A stretch of DNA of 63,721 bases, counting the filler, from Choristocarpus tenellus KU-1152 (taxonomy: Eukaryota > Protista > Phaeophyceae), in NCBI GenBank assembly GCA_964200185.2. It is 10 parts of 10 records of this genome, joined end to end, with 100 filler letters (N's around TTAATTAATTAA, not from the genome) between each part and the next. Parts side by side here need not be neighbours in the genome. Positions count along the whole stretch, not along the records: positions 1 to 4,935 come from CAXNAD020012469.1; positions 5,036 to 8,080 come from CAXNAD020022726.1; positions 8,181 to 15,508 come from CAXNAD020006328.1; 7 more parts are not named here. One strand, 5' to 3'. Shown piece by piece: positions 1 to 12,671 of the stretch. The position numbers and the translations under genes are program-made. Positions within the stretch are counted from its first letter, which is position 1. The number at the start of each line of letters is the position of its first letter. Under the pieces are notes generated by a model. The model ran no database searches. It saw only the letters and a program-made list of their open reading frames with translations, and had not been told where the DNA came from.

Positions 1-1954
1 ACCACAGCTTTGGTGCATCGGGTCATCTATTGGGGAGTGTTGTGGGAATAGTGTTAAGGGTGGTTGGAAGACTCACTATCCCTTACTATCACCTCCTCTT
101 CAACAACTTGCCTCCAAGGTGCTTGGACAACCAGTAAGTTGGACTGTTAATTTTATATATATAATGTGCACAGTTTGTTTACAAATAATGAAGGAACCTG
201 TCCCTGACAATTACTATTTTACTAGTAAATCTACGTTGTGGTTCAACGTGAGCGAACTATGTGCTACCTGCACTAACAGGCATAATGGCAGCACACTCCT
301 TACACTATCTTCCAAGAATAGTAGTAGACCTCTACATCTAAGGGACATCGGTACATGGTTCTGGATGGAGAAAGCATCAGATATGAATATATTTAAGATA
401 TCTAGAAAATAACATTGTATGAGCTGGGCATAATCGGTTACTACCGTCATCGCATCGCATATTTATTGTTGTTTGTGGAAAAAACCTGTACGTGTTGTTA
501 TTGGTGATAGAAAAGTGTTGCACTTATCGTGTTCATTGAACACTTTGAAACATCAAGTGTAGAATCTCATCATAAACATAACTGTGAAATTGTTGGCCCA
601 CATATTTGGGGCACAACACCAGCAGGAATTTAGAGTGATGGATGCCCGATACAGGACGGAAATACAGTTTTCAACGCATACATGTGTTGTTTTCTCCAAG
701 TTGTGTGCAAGACATTCTGATTGAAGGATAGGTGCAATTTCTGGTGTCATCACTATCCTTCTGGTATGTTTTGGTATATTACATCTAATAGTAGTTGAAC
801 TTGTCCCAATATAATGTGTCCATGTAAAAGGTTATTATGTAACAATAATAGCAATAATGGTGTATCATACTTGGGGTTATATATATATACATACATATTT
901 GCCTCTACTGCTACTAATAGAACTGATGCAGTGAATAGGAGAGAGAGGTTTGGTGAATGACTGAGCACTACTTCCCTCAAAGGTCTACCCATCCTCTCCA
1001 TAGTTGCATTCATTTGTTCACAGCAATATGAAGAAACAACCTTGAAGTGGGGATCATAGCTTAGACGCCTGGATAGTGGTGCATAGATTATGTAGGGTTG
1101 CCAATGGGGGAGGACATGAAAAAGGGGATTGGACACTGAATTCGATGGTAGTTATTTGTCTGATCAGTCGATTACCCACCACTGTCACCACCCACTCTCA
1201 CTATGGGCTCCTGCTTTATACACTATAAATGCAATAATACTAACAATATTGATAGCTTGTGCACCCCAAAAAGATTGTCATCAATTGTTACTTTTTTAGG
1301 CAAATAGGGCTGTTCCTCTCTTCTATTAGTTGCTTCCCACCCCTCTGACGTGGTGCACCTGCTCATATATGCAGATGTCTAGCAAAGTTCACCACCTACT
1401 TATCTTTAACCTGGTTATTTGAATATATTATATGGTACCTAAATATATTAGAGTGTGTGGTTGATTAATACGCCCAAGAGGGTGGATAATTGATACCTAA
1501 CCAAATATTGCTCTATGGAGTGTACACGAACAAGCACAGTTTTGGGCAGGGTGTGCCTACATCACGTTCCCGTCTCAAGGTTCATCCCAAGCTTTGGTCA
1601 CGACTTTGTATTCATACCAGTCCAGAAAATCGCAGTGTGTAAGCTCCTGAGTAACTTTCTCTATCTATTATTTCTTTATTGGATGATGTGTTGTCTACAC
1701 TGAATACAAATAACACAAGAAGTGGAATATCATGTTCAAGGACATGCCAGCCTTATATCCATCCTCCAAGTCAATATGCCTACCTACCCCCTGCCGCAAC
1801 CTATTCCACTGAAGTAAGTGGTCTGTAGGACAGTGCACAGTGCAAGCGATCATACAGGATGGAGCACATTATCCATTGACTCCCTCCCCCCCCTCCCCTT
1901 CTCCATTTGTTCCAGGGTGACTGCATCATAGTGCCACCATTTGCATGCCTACAC

Positions 1955-4327
1955 CTAGGAGGCTGGGAGTGGGCAGCTCTCAGCACGGTAGAGAGTTGTG
2001 GATGATGATGTCAAAGATGTCCTCATCAAACCCTTGAATTCTTCAAAGTTCATGCTGAGAAGATGAACATAAGAGCAAGCAAGCCCACATCAGTCAAGCA
2101 GGGGAAATTCTTTGTCTTTGTTTGGCAACATCATTGGTGAGTGCTGATGTTTATGTAATTTGGCGACAGTGGATGGAAGAAAACAGTCACAGCAGCAGTG
2201 AGTGTGAGGGAGGGCTGCAAGGCATATATTGTGATCCTGCAAATCTTTCCCTCTCCCCCACTGCCTGTCCCTAGACATTTCACACACACTTTCCTAAATC
2301 CAACCCTTCACCTGGAGTTACTTGTGCATTGTGCTATGTTCAACAGTAGATCATGATGTTAGAGAAGTTCCCAACAAGTACCCTTTTTAGCCATAGTACA
2401 TCACACTACTGTACAAAGCGGAAGATTACAAATAGCTCGATGTCTTTGAGGATGAAAGCTCCAGTATATCTTGCAGCACCATGATTCGGCACAACAACCC
2501 TTACAAAACTCTTAGGCACCCCTTACAAATCTGAGCGATTACCATCTGTCCAACATTCATGTCTGTTTATGGATTAACAGTACCACTGGATCTTGTCCTT
2601 GTGCATCTGGTCACACACCCACCCCAATGAATAAAAAAGGAAAATTTCGTGAGACATCTGACACCTCATACATTCATATTATTCACATCAAGAGCACCTG
2701 CTCTCATTTGTAAATGCATGCATGTGCCAACTGTGTGCACACTCCAACATGATCCGTCACTTCTGCTTTGCACTGACTCTACCCAGATCTAAATTTCATA
2801 TCCATTTCTTATATATCGTCTTTACAGTGTTGTAGGCCTGCCTGCCATCTTGTTTCTTGTGTGCTGTAAGAATTATACTCAGCGACTGCTTGTTGTACAG
2901 CACTGATCCAAAGTATCTGGAGGGGGGGGGTGTCTTCACCAGGGTGCCCATTTTGCCCCAAATCAGGAAAAGTGCATTTACATTTTCCATCCGATGTATG
3001 CAACCAAATCACCCAAAAATCGCGATATGAAAAAATTGATCCCAAATGGACAGCGCCACCCCCCCCAGATACTTCGAGGTCACTACTCACTGCAGAGCAT
3101 CATAATATCTGTATTTTTTTGTGCAGTGGTTGTACACCCCAGATGCCTAAGCTGCAAGGCAGCCACACGCCACACAGAGCTGAGAAAAAGCTATGTCATC
3201 CGTTGCAATATACTCGGTGGCACATGCCATAGAACCAAAGGGCACGCCACGCACCCCCACAAGTTCAATACCACTAACATTGACTCTCTCCCCCTCACAC
3301 GCCAAGGCCACGCCAATCATGTCACACACTCCCAATTCTTACATCTCTTTTCCTCTCTGATATATGGGGAAATACTGCAAGCGAGCTGGCCACTCCTAGA
3401 GTGATCTATATTATTGTTTCACCTTCATTGAATTGGACAAACAAAGCTCTACTACTCTTAAAATACAACTAAATTCAACGGCACAGGGTAAAACATACTC
3501 TGTCAGGAGAAATCGAAAGGTGTAGAAGATTGTCATTTCGAAGTAGCCAAGGAAGAAAAAACATGTAGGCCAAAGATTGGTGGGGTGTCGTATGTGAGAT
3601 ATATTTATATAATTGTGCGATTTCAAATTTCAATGATATTTGCAGACTTCTCAGTCCCTACTCCTAATACACAAGATGTCACCCTCCATTGCCGAGCAAG
3701 ATCAAAGCATGTAGGTGTCCTTCCCGCAGCACCCCTATTTCCCTCTACATAGATACTTGATACTTCCCAACCATGAGTGTCCAAAAGGAAGATAAAATTA
3801 TTTTGCTCCTTTTGACACTGCTCACCTTCCTCCATGGTCCAGCCCAGCATCCCTGAGCATTTGGTCAATATCATCGTCGTCTAGTTCCTTCCCCAAGAAA
3901 TGCCGAAGGTCATGGCCAGTGATGCGTCCAACATGACCACAGTCAAACTTGCTGAATGCAGCCTGCTTCCCACAATGCACATGTTTACATGGTGTATGTC
4001 GCCAGGGTGTGTGATAGGGAAAGTTGAAACGCAAAAGTAGACCAGGAAAAGGTCATGAAGAGGGATTTGACTCTGTACCCTTGATTTCTAGTGGGTACCA
4101 TGGGCAACACACAGTTTTGATGTCACTGAATAGACAAATGGGCACTCTAAGAAGCATTCAAAGACCACATCATTACCAATCTCCATTCACATGTATGAAG
4201 TTAGGGTGGAGATTGGTAATTCTTGAAGTGTATGGAAGCAGCCCTTAGGATCACCTGGAGGATGCTCTCATCAAGGGTCTGGTGCTCCTCCAGGGTCATC
4301 AGTGAGGCTGCCAGGAAGTCATTATAC
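1955..4327 (-). CDS. EF-hand calcium-binding protein, last three exons (CDPK calmodulin-like domain type); exons 4327-4255, 3962-3826, 2054-1955; 5' exons not located
   Basis: GT-AG joins are phase-consistent and give YNDFLAASLMTLEEHQTLDESILQ-AAFSKFDCGHVGRITGHDLRHFLGKELDDDDIDQMLRDAGLDHGGS-MNFEEFKGLMR...PAS*; paired EF-hand pattern as in CDPK C-termini. No kinase domain seen. Confidence 0.8.
2905..3080. mobile_element. MITE family A (~175 bp), complete copy with CACT target-site duplication
   Basis: Ends GATCCAAAGTATCTGG(G)n ... (C)nCAGATACTTCGAGGT; CACT on both flanks. Partial copies at ~5036-5192, ~7965-8003, ~15431-15508, ~26066-26150, ~51263-51309, ~54858-54916. Confidence 0.85.
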
Positions 4328-4810
4328 CTAAAATCGAGTGAGAAGTAATAAACAAGGTCAACAACTTGCCACAATTGAGAACAGCCAGAGGCCACATTAT
4401 ATAGTACATCCTATTTTACTTGCCATTGAGATTTGTGTTACACCCAAGAATCAAGAAGAGGGTGCCGCAACAATAGGAGTACCCCCTGCAAAATACGGCA
4501 AACACACAGGACTCCAGCCAACATTGACGGATCGACAGGATCAAATGAAAAACGTGTTTCAGATTACTTAACAATAATACTCCAGTGTTAATGGTTGTAT
4601 TCGCCTCAACCCTGGCCCACACCAAATCCCCCAACTACTCTTGAGGCATTTGCTTTTGTTCCATGTTGACTGGCAATTAATGTTGCAGGCTACTTGAGGT
4701 CAAGAAGTTCGATTGTCGATCACAACATTAACTTTCTTGTGCTTGGAACAGCAATAGTCATACTTTGGAGTGCTTCAAAATGCCATTTATTTCTTAGCCC
4801 ACTATCAATA

Positions 4811-4935
4811 CACACACACCCAACTGTATGTACACACACACCCAACTGTATGTACACACACACCCAACTGTATGTACACACACACCCAACTGTATGTACA
4901 CACACACCCAACTGTATGTACACACACACCCAACT
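4811..4935. repeat. 22-bp tandem minisatellite (CACACACACCCAACTGTATGTA) x~5.7, runs into gap
   Basis: Perfect head-to-tail copies read directly; no unique spacers. Confidence 0.95.
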
Positions 4936-5035
4936 NNNNNNNNNNNNNNNNNNNNNNNNNNNNNNNNNNNNNNNNNNNNTTAATTAATTAANNNNNNNNN
5001 NNNNNNNNNNNNNNNNNNNNNNNNNNNNNNNNNNN
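4936..5035. other. Artificial contig spacer N44-TTAATTAATTAA-N44 (also at 8081, 15509, 32461, 37372, 41832, 48447, 51163, 54758)
   Basis: Identical 100-nt block nine times; the core gives stops in all six frames. Confidence 0.97.
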
Positions 5036-5332
5036 GGGGGGTCTACACCAGGGTGCCAGTTCGGGTCCTGACCAGGAGAAGTGAACTTACATTATCCATC
5101 CAACGAATGTAACCAAATCACCAAAAAAATTGCGACAGTGAAAAATGGGCCCCAAATAGACAGCCGCCACCATCCCCCCAGATACTTTGAGCCAATGTTC
5201 ATCAAGTTGTGTTGTGAGCAATAGTAACAGAGTTTTTTGACCAGCCCTCTGACTTTCTGCTGCCATATGTTTTTAGAGTACAAGGTCAAAACCTGTGAAG
5301 TACGCTTTGCCTGTTTCATTAGTACGTTCCGT

Positions 5333-5592
5333 GAGCCAACGTAAACGAGCGGTACCGAAGTGTTGACGGTTTTAAACATTTTATTTTTGTCATTTTTTGT
5401 AATTCGGTCTTATTTCTATGTATGGATGGAGTACTAAGATTGACTTGAGAGCGTTGATTACTCTGTTGTTGCTCGAAAAAATTGACAGAATGAAGAAGGT
5501 TCCAACATTTGTTTGTACCAAAACCGGAATGATGGAGATGTGTCAGGATCCTTATAATGCAAGTATGGGTACCTCCCGTTTACTTTTGGCTC
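5333..5592. mobile_element. MITE family C (~260 bp); other copies ~8518-8774, 24606-24861, 56221-56482
   Basis: TIR GAGCCAA(C/A)(G/A)TAAACGAG(A/C)GGTACC ... GGTACCTC(T/C)CG(T/C)TTACTTT(T)G(G/A)CTC; shared internal TATGGATG(A/G)AG(T/A)..TAAG(A/T)TTGACTTGAGAG. Confidence 0.8.
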
Positions 5593-8500
5593 AGTTTACG
5601 GGACCAAGTTGTCCTCATCGACACCACTCTCCAATTTTCGTTAACCTCTTATACTTTTTAGTAATATAACAAAGTTGGAAAAACCCTCGATCTCAAAATG
5701 GTCAAAACACACAAAACACCCTTCAACTACTTCAACTGTATGCAAGGGTTACGTTTTCCGAGGTGTGCAGCTTAGGTATGCTCTTTTTCATCGATACAGA
5801 TGTTTTTTTGTATGGTATAACCTCCTAATGTTTCAATGAAGAAGGAGGTGATAGCAATACCAACAATACCAGAAACTACTCCCACGAACTACTTTCCACC
5901 ATACTAAGAAATGATCACACTATTCCCACTCACCATGTATGTGTTGTGGCAGGGGGGTCAACAGGAACCGTGAGGGCATTGTCGGAGATGATGTTGATGG
6001 GGCAGAAAGGCACCTGTTCACATCGATTCCACACCTTGAGGCGTTGCTAGTCGAATCGAGAGAGCTCTAGGAAATAAGCACAAACGTCATCATTTTTACC
6101 TTCTTTCAGTCAATGAGATCAAGGAGATGGCCAGGGCTGGTGCGGCGCAAGTATCCTTTTATGCTTCATGGAACTCATTGATCAAGTACTTCAACAACCA
6201 TATTTCCATCTTCCTGCAGTTGGTTTGTAGCAAAAACTCTAGAGTGCTTGGCTACTGCATTGGGTGGAATGATGTGTGCCTAATTTGGTATGGGGATATT
6301 TTTCTTCTCATTTTTCCGAGAGGAAGGCTTCGGTCCTTGACTGCTCAACTATTGTAGAGGCAAGAACGAAGAAAGTTTGCACACACACACACACATATTC
6401 ATGTTTACAATAATAGCAGAACGAGCAATCTTAATCAACACTTGTACTGTTAAAAAAAAATGAAATACGAAAACATTCTCTTGTTGTTCTATACACTCTG
6501 AGAGATAAGCATTTAAGTGATGGATTTGGGGGCACACTAAGACTATGTACACTCTTAACAGCATATCTGTACATCAGCGGTATAATTTATACCGTCATGC
6601 TGACCCACCAACTACCTCATGTGATTTGGCGCCAAGTTCCAATTTGTTGTCAAAAACGATACCGTCCGACAAGTCTCCTATATTTTTCTTCCCTACACGA
6701 ACATCAACAATCAACGCAAGCAGTACCCCAATGAGTATGATTATCAAATGCATTTACATTGAGCTACCAGTGGTTGGCGCTCTAGATGGATACAGTAGTA
6801 GTAGTAGCTCTCTCTAATCATGGACGTAGTGTAAACACTGCATGCAGGGTGTGTATGAGCTGTAACAACATCACCCAGGTCATCCCACAGATAATGCACG
6901 TACACATATCCCTTGGCATCGCTCTAGAGGATTAGGGTTAATATCAACAAAAAATGCTTCCCCCCTTACTACTACTACTACTACTGCCACTGCTGCTTGC
7001 TCCTGTTCCTCATTGTTGAATAAGTTGACCAGGTCAGATAAACTGATGCTGCTTCCTCGTCACTTACTTGCAGGTCAAGGCAAAATTTGCATATTTTGGT
7101 CCTTATAGAGGCCATCCATGCCGTTATTCCTGATCGCAAGGAAAAAGTTTCTCACCGTGTGTTTGTATCGGTGTTGCATACAACATTCACTTAGTGTAGA
7201 CCTATGCCAACCAGAGTGCCACGACGTGTTATGTCTGTTTCATGATCATTAACATCATCATCATCGACAGAACAAGATACAGCATGCTGTGTACGTAGGT
7301 ACATGATACCTACATAGTCTTTTGTTTCCCACGGTGAGTTATACTAAAACTAAAGCCTTTCCGTCAAAGCTAATGATCAAAACTTCATGATGATGATGAG
7401 AAGTGAGAATCCCCTATCTGTTGTGATTCACAAAGAGTACACTTGATTAACATGTTGACTTGGTCCCTCAGCGAGTCACATCAACTAAACGCTCATTCTT
7501 CAATGCTCAACCTCATGAGGAGGAGCGAGAATACCATGCCGCATTTCCTCTACTCCCAACTGAACGTACGGCAAATAACCCGAAGGAAAAGGCATAGTAG
7601 TATCAGTTGTGAAGCGGGATCGATTTCTGGCTAAATTAACTCTCTAAAATAAGCCTATCAATACCAATTCTGTTCCGGCTATATGCAGGGAGCACTCCCA
7701 CCAACACAGCCAGGCAACCAACTCTTCCATCTGTCCTCTCCTCACACCCTTACCGTATGCACCTGCTGGTAATAGTACACGCACAAGTACACACACACAC
7801 AAAAGGTGATGTAAACACCCGAATGTGGCACCAAGCACACTCTGCTGCCACAACAATACATGGCACACACACAATACAAGAAGGGGCTCTGTTTATTCTA
7901 CAACCAGTAAGGCCAGATGCATGTGCACATCCACAAGAAAGGAGAAAATGAGCTGTGCTTCAAGACTCAAAGTATCTGTGCGGGGGGGGGGGGGGGGGGG
8001 GGCAGTCCACGGGGGTGCGCTTGTGGGCATAACCGGGAAGGGAGGTCGTTCTTTCTCCTGAGGCCTGTGGACCAGAAACCNNNNNNNNNNNNNNNNNNNN
8101 NNNNNNNNNNNNNNNNNNNNNNNNTTAATTAATTAANNNNNNNNNNNNNNNNNNNNNNNNNNNNNNNNNNNNNNNNNNNNAAGCACCCCACCATGACACA
8201 CTGGTGATTCTAAACACCCCCCACGACTGATTGGACCCTGCCTAACACATACGCTATGAAAAGGAGTATCAAGGCAAGGACATTGACATCTCCTAACAAA
8301 CATGATAGCCTAAATTACATCAAAATTGCAACATTGAATTGTGGTCCTCAAATGGACGCGGCTGTGCCCTCTAAGATAATTTGGCTCAAACCGCCATCAA
8401 GACATATCGCCTGTAACGTCAATTCTTGAAATAAGTATAGCCAACAGGACAGAGCATCTGGATGCGGCCTGCCGTCTCTGCCACTCCGTCCAGTACTACC

Positions 8501-11181
8501 TCAGAGTCGTTTTCTGAAAGTCCATCATATGAGAGGTAACCAGTTTTTGGCAATTTTGCATTATAAGCAAGTTTTTCAACCTTTACAATTTCCCCATATT
8601 TCTGTGGATGAAGTACTCAGTTTGACTTGAGGGGATTGACCCCTCTATTGTTTGAAACTTTTTAACACGGTACGGAAAACTTCCTGTACACATCTTTTTC
8701 TGAAGCCGAAATTTGCACATATTTGGCAGCATCCACAAAATGCAACTTTGGGTACCTCTCGTCTACTTTGTCTCAGAGGCTGAGGCTAAATGCAACTGTG
8801 AACTTCTTTTCCTTCAGGAAAAGGTGCGTGTATGTCCTTGGAGTGTAGAAAGGGAGAAGCATGTGGCTCCCCTGGCAAGAGAAGGTCTTGGTTTTGCCAT
8901 TGATATTTGTGCACCCACTTGAGGTGGTGCTGGAGAAACCTGGGGGTTCTTGGGGAATTGACGAGAGTCCATTCCAACCACAAGGGCAGTTATAGACAGG
9001 TTGCACCGAGGCACCACCCTTTGAGGATGAGGTGGTTATCATACTGACACCCACCAGCTTATGATGCACTCCTCTAATGCCCCACAATGAACAGAGAACG
9101 TGCATGGGATGCGACACTACAATGGGCTTTGCCACTAAATATATTTCACGTACCTCAGGCATGCAGATGGTCAGGAGGTATCGTTTCCACATGATACCCT
9201 AGTGACCATGACCATAATGTCATCGGCCCTGAAGTTGGTTTGAGGGGTGAAACAAGCAAGATATGCTTCAAGCAAAGGAAAAAAACCCCGGAAACGTTGT
9301 GTGACGTGCTCAGAGTAACGTTTCCCCCCAGCTCTTCACTGAAACAGCGCTAGCATCCCACCTCAGAGGAGATAAACCAACCGCAGAGGGAGTTGTCCTG
9401 GCAACACAACTCATGTCAACAAGACTGAATAAACACTTGGGAGGAGAAGTTGCTTGGTACATGTGACTAGAGTAAACGCACTTAGCAAACCCAACAAGGA
9501 TAAGAGTCTCTCGTCTATTTCAATCTGCGCCAATGGCACCCCACAAGTGGATTGTGGACTGTTCGTTGCACAAGAGGCAGAGAATAGTCCAGTGGTGATG
9601 GAACCAAGCCCACATCCACGCACTATCCATCTAGAGTGGGTGCAGCACTCCCATAAATTACACGAGGGAAGAACTCATTGCAATGTATGGGCGGAGTTCA
9701 GCTGATTGACGGCGATGGGATATCAGGACACAATTTCAGGGAGCAGATGGAGGAAGTAGCACATGTAGAGGTTGATTCCTTCGAGGTTGCAGTAGAGCTC
9801 CCAATAATTGTGATGGACAGTGGAGCTTACAGTAATCCACTCAAGTGATGGTCTCTGACATCATATCAAAATGTATCTAGTTGTGGGGGGAAAGAGCACG
9901 GAAATGAAGAGTACCTAATCAAGAAATGCCTCTAGTGAGACCCTTCACCAGACAGGGGACCTCTTATCTTGCAGTGCTAGGTGCCACTCGGCGCTCAGCT
10001 GCACGGAGCCTACCTTGCCACGTTTACGAAGCGTACGGGTTCGATTGTAATCAAGTACATTGAAATTTCTCCAGCCAATTTAACTTATACTCATAAATCC
10101 TTTCAATTCACAACTCTAGTTCTTTAACCTCTCTCGTGTGTACCATGTAAACCAAGCAATTTGTCCATCCATCCATCTGTCTATCTGTCCGCACATACCA
10201 GCAGCTGCTCTATGGAGCTGTTTTTCCTCTATGCGAGTTGTTTGGGGTTTGAATCCTAATATCCATGTCTACGTATCAGTCCCAGTACCAGTTTGTGCTT
10301 ACTTGTTCCAAAAAGTAATTTGTAATGAAAAAATAGTTACCAGTACCTGCTCTTTGGGTCACTTTCCATACTCTCCGAGAAAAAATAAGTAACTCCTTTT
10401 TGTTCATCCATCTACCTGTCCGCCTATGTAGTATGTGCCAGCATCGGCTCAATAGAGCTGTTTAATCTCTTTGCGATTGTTTAAAGTTTGAGTCCTACTA
10501 TGTATACTGTTCAGCATAGTTCGTATGTTGGTCAGAGTTCAAAATAATACCTGACTTCAACATAAGGTTCCCCTTGTATCTTTTTGTCGCAGCACAATCC
10601 CTCCTTTCCCCTGTCCCTCAGTAGTAGATGTACAACCGCTCAGGGGGTCCAGCCCCTCCCAAAGGGACCATTTAATTTCATTATGTTCTCTGAAGGGGCT
10701 GTTACAACCTTTTTTGTTCCTCTCACATACGTACCACGTAAAAACCAAGTAATTGCTATTTGTCCATCCATCCGTCTGTCCATCCATCTACACGCTCATA
10801 CAACTTTTTACAAAGATCAGAAATCCTGACCATAAAATTACCATCACCAGGTCAATACAGGTGGCTATTCACCTCTGACATACAATAACTCTTACGTATG
10901 TACCATATGAAACCAAGCAATTCCTGCCCTTTCAAACCTACCAACTCTATTGACCTATTTTAATATTTTGGTTCGTTTGAAGATTGGGTCAGAATTAAAT
11001 GCAATATAATTCTTGGAACTCTGATGAAGAATCAAGATTTTTTTGTTCACATGTTCGTAATTTATGGGGGTAGATTGCGCAGGCTCTAAAAGGTTGCCCA
11101 CTAAAATCTCAAGTAAATTGGGCAGCCTACACCTATCTATCATTCCGTCGATGAAACCCTCAAAAACTCCATTCGAGCATG

Positions 11182-12130
11182 TTATTTCACCGCATCCACC
11201 AGGGCATCCAGGGGAAGCTTGCCTGCCTTCTCAACCTTTTCCTGGCTACGATGGGTAATTTTGAAGACGTTGTCACCCTTGAATTCCAGCACTTCACTGT
11301 AAACTGCAAAGAGGCTCTGCCAGATGCGCTCTAGTGTCTCCCGGGGGTACAAATTAAACACCTCCATTGTGGCCTCCATCGCCTCGTCTTTTTTGGTCAC
11401 CCTGAAGTCTTCCTCGAGTTGCTGGATCGAATGAAAGAATCCCAGGTTGTTGGCGTTGAGGTCAGGTGAGTTGACTGGCTGGGTCTCTATGACGATGTTG
11501 TCCCATGGCACCTCCTTGATTTCCCCATCCTGCTGCATGAAGATAGTGTGTCCTTCCAGTCTAGGCATGCGGGCCATGATTGCCGGGACGACATCATCAT
11601 GACCTCCCTATACCTCCCCCCATACACTGTGGCTGGCACAAGTACCTTGGTGTCCTTAGAGCGGTGTTGGCTGGATCACTGAGCGACCTTAGTGTCCACG
11701 ATTGGCCAGATCCAGATTTTCCCATCAAAAAATGCCCCAGTGGAGAGCTTCCTAGGGCGAGCCACAGCTGCAAGGAACATCACCTTTGTAATGTTACACT
11801 CATTCTGTGCCCGTGGGGTTTTGGGGGGAGTCCTCGTGAGCCATTTTGCCTATCTTTGAGGATATAAAACCACTTCTCGTCCACATGCACCCAGTTACAA
11901 AGATCGTCCACTACTACCCCACTTCCCTCCCTCCTATATGTATAGTTGATGTTGAAACCCACCCTATTGACTTTCTGCTGGTCTGAGAGGACTGACTTAA
12001 TTCGCCGCTTGACCTTCTTGACCTTCTTGCACTTACACAGATCCCATAACGAGGCAGGGTCCAATCAGGATGCATGTGCAACAAAATATTGCAGGCACAC
12101 GTCATCCAAAGTTTGCTCGTACGCCTCATG
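11182..12130 (-). mobile_element. Degenerate plant-type (DD39D-like) mariner transposase
   Basis: VHVDEKWFY, KVMFLAAVA, GKIWIWP, IFMQQDG, QPVNSPDLNANNLGFFHSIQ, KGDNVFKITH in order across frameshifts; third catalytic Asp appears replaced by Asn; no TIRs recognised. Confidence 0.88.
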
Positions 12131-12414
12131 CTCTCCCTTTGCCTGTCTGTCTACCTGCCCATATGTTACCAGTACCAGGCCTAGTCCTCATGCGTAGGCT
12201 CACCTGCGCGCTCACGCATAAAGTTTTGTCCAAAAATCGATTATCCTGAAAATAGAAAAACTTACTGGCACCAGCTCTTTGCAGCTGCTCTTTTACCTCT
12301 CACATACGTTACCATAAAAACAAAATACTTCCTGCTCTAATAATCCTACCATCTTATAGAAATGCTTTTCCTGTTTCCAAGTTGTGTGAAGTTGGAGTTT
12401 TATCATACATCTTT

Positions 12415-12671
12415 GGGTCAAAGCATTTAAGAGGGTAGGAGTTTTGCCTCGATTGTCTGTTCCGGGCTTGGCTTCCCACAGGGTTTTTGTACCCTTTTTC
12501 AGTTTTCTGTGTGAACGCAGTTACCTCAAATGCATTCGATTATGAATTGGGTATCGAGAGAAAGGATATTGACACTTGCTAACAAACACGACCGCCAAAA
12601 TTAATCAAAATCACAACATTGAATTTATGACCCCAAACGACACAGCCCTACCCTCTTAAATGCTTTGACTC
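12415..12671. mobile_element. MITE family B (~255 bp); other copies ~8240-8388 (partial), 36641-36899, 49544-49729, 49870-50120, 50355-50613
   Basis: TIR G(A/G)GT(C/G)AAAGTATCTTAGAGGGTA ... TACCCTCTAAGATACTTT(G/C)ACTC; 4-bp flanks duplicated at 36641 (AAAA), 50355 (TGGA), 49870 (AGGC/AGGT). Confidence 0.85.

Noticed and set aside
553-753. Faint copia RNase H C-terminus resemblance (KTTHV...MWANNFT)
   Set aside because: Too degenerate to call.
4811-4935. Possible CRISPR-like array
   Set aside because: Perfect tandem 22-mer without variable spacers; no cas genes; eukaryotic context.
4980-4991. Palindromic TTAATTAATTAA recurring nine times
   Set aside because: Always centred in a 100-nt N block: assembly spacer. 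Contig order across these joins is not guaranteed.
5960-7150. Candidate upstream exons of the EF-hand gene
   Set aside because: Splice-like signals exist but phases or translations do not give EF-hand or kinase sequence.
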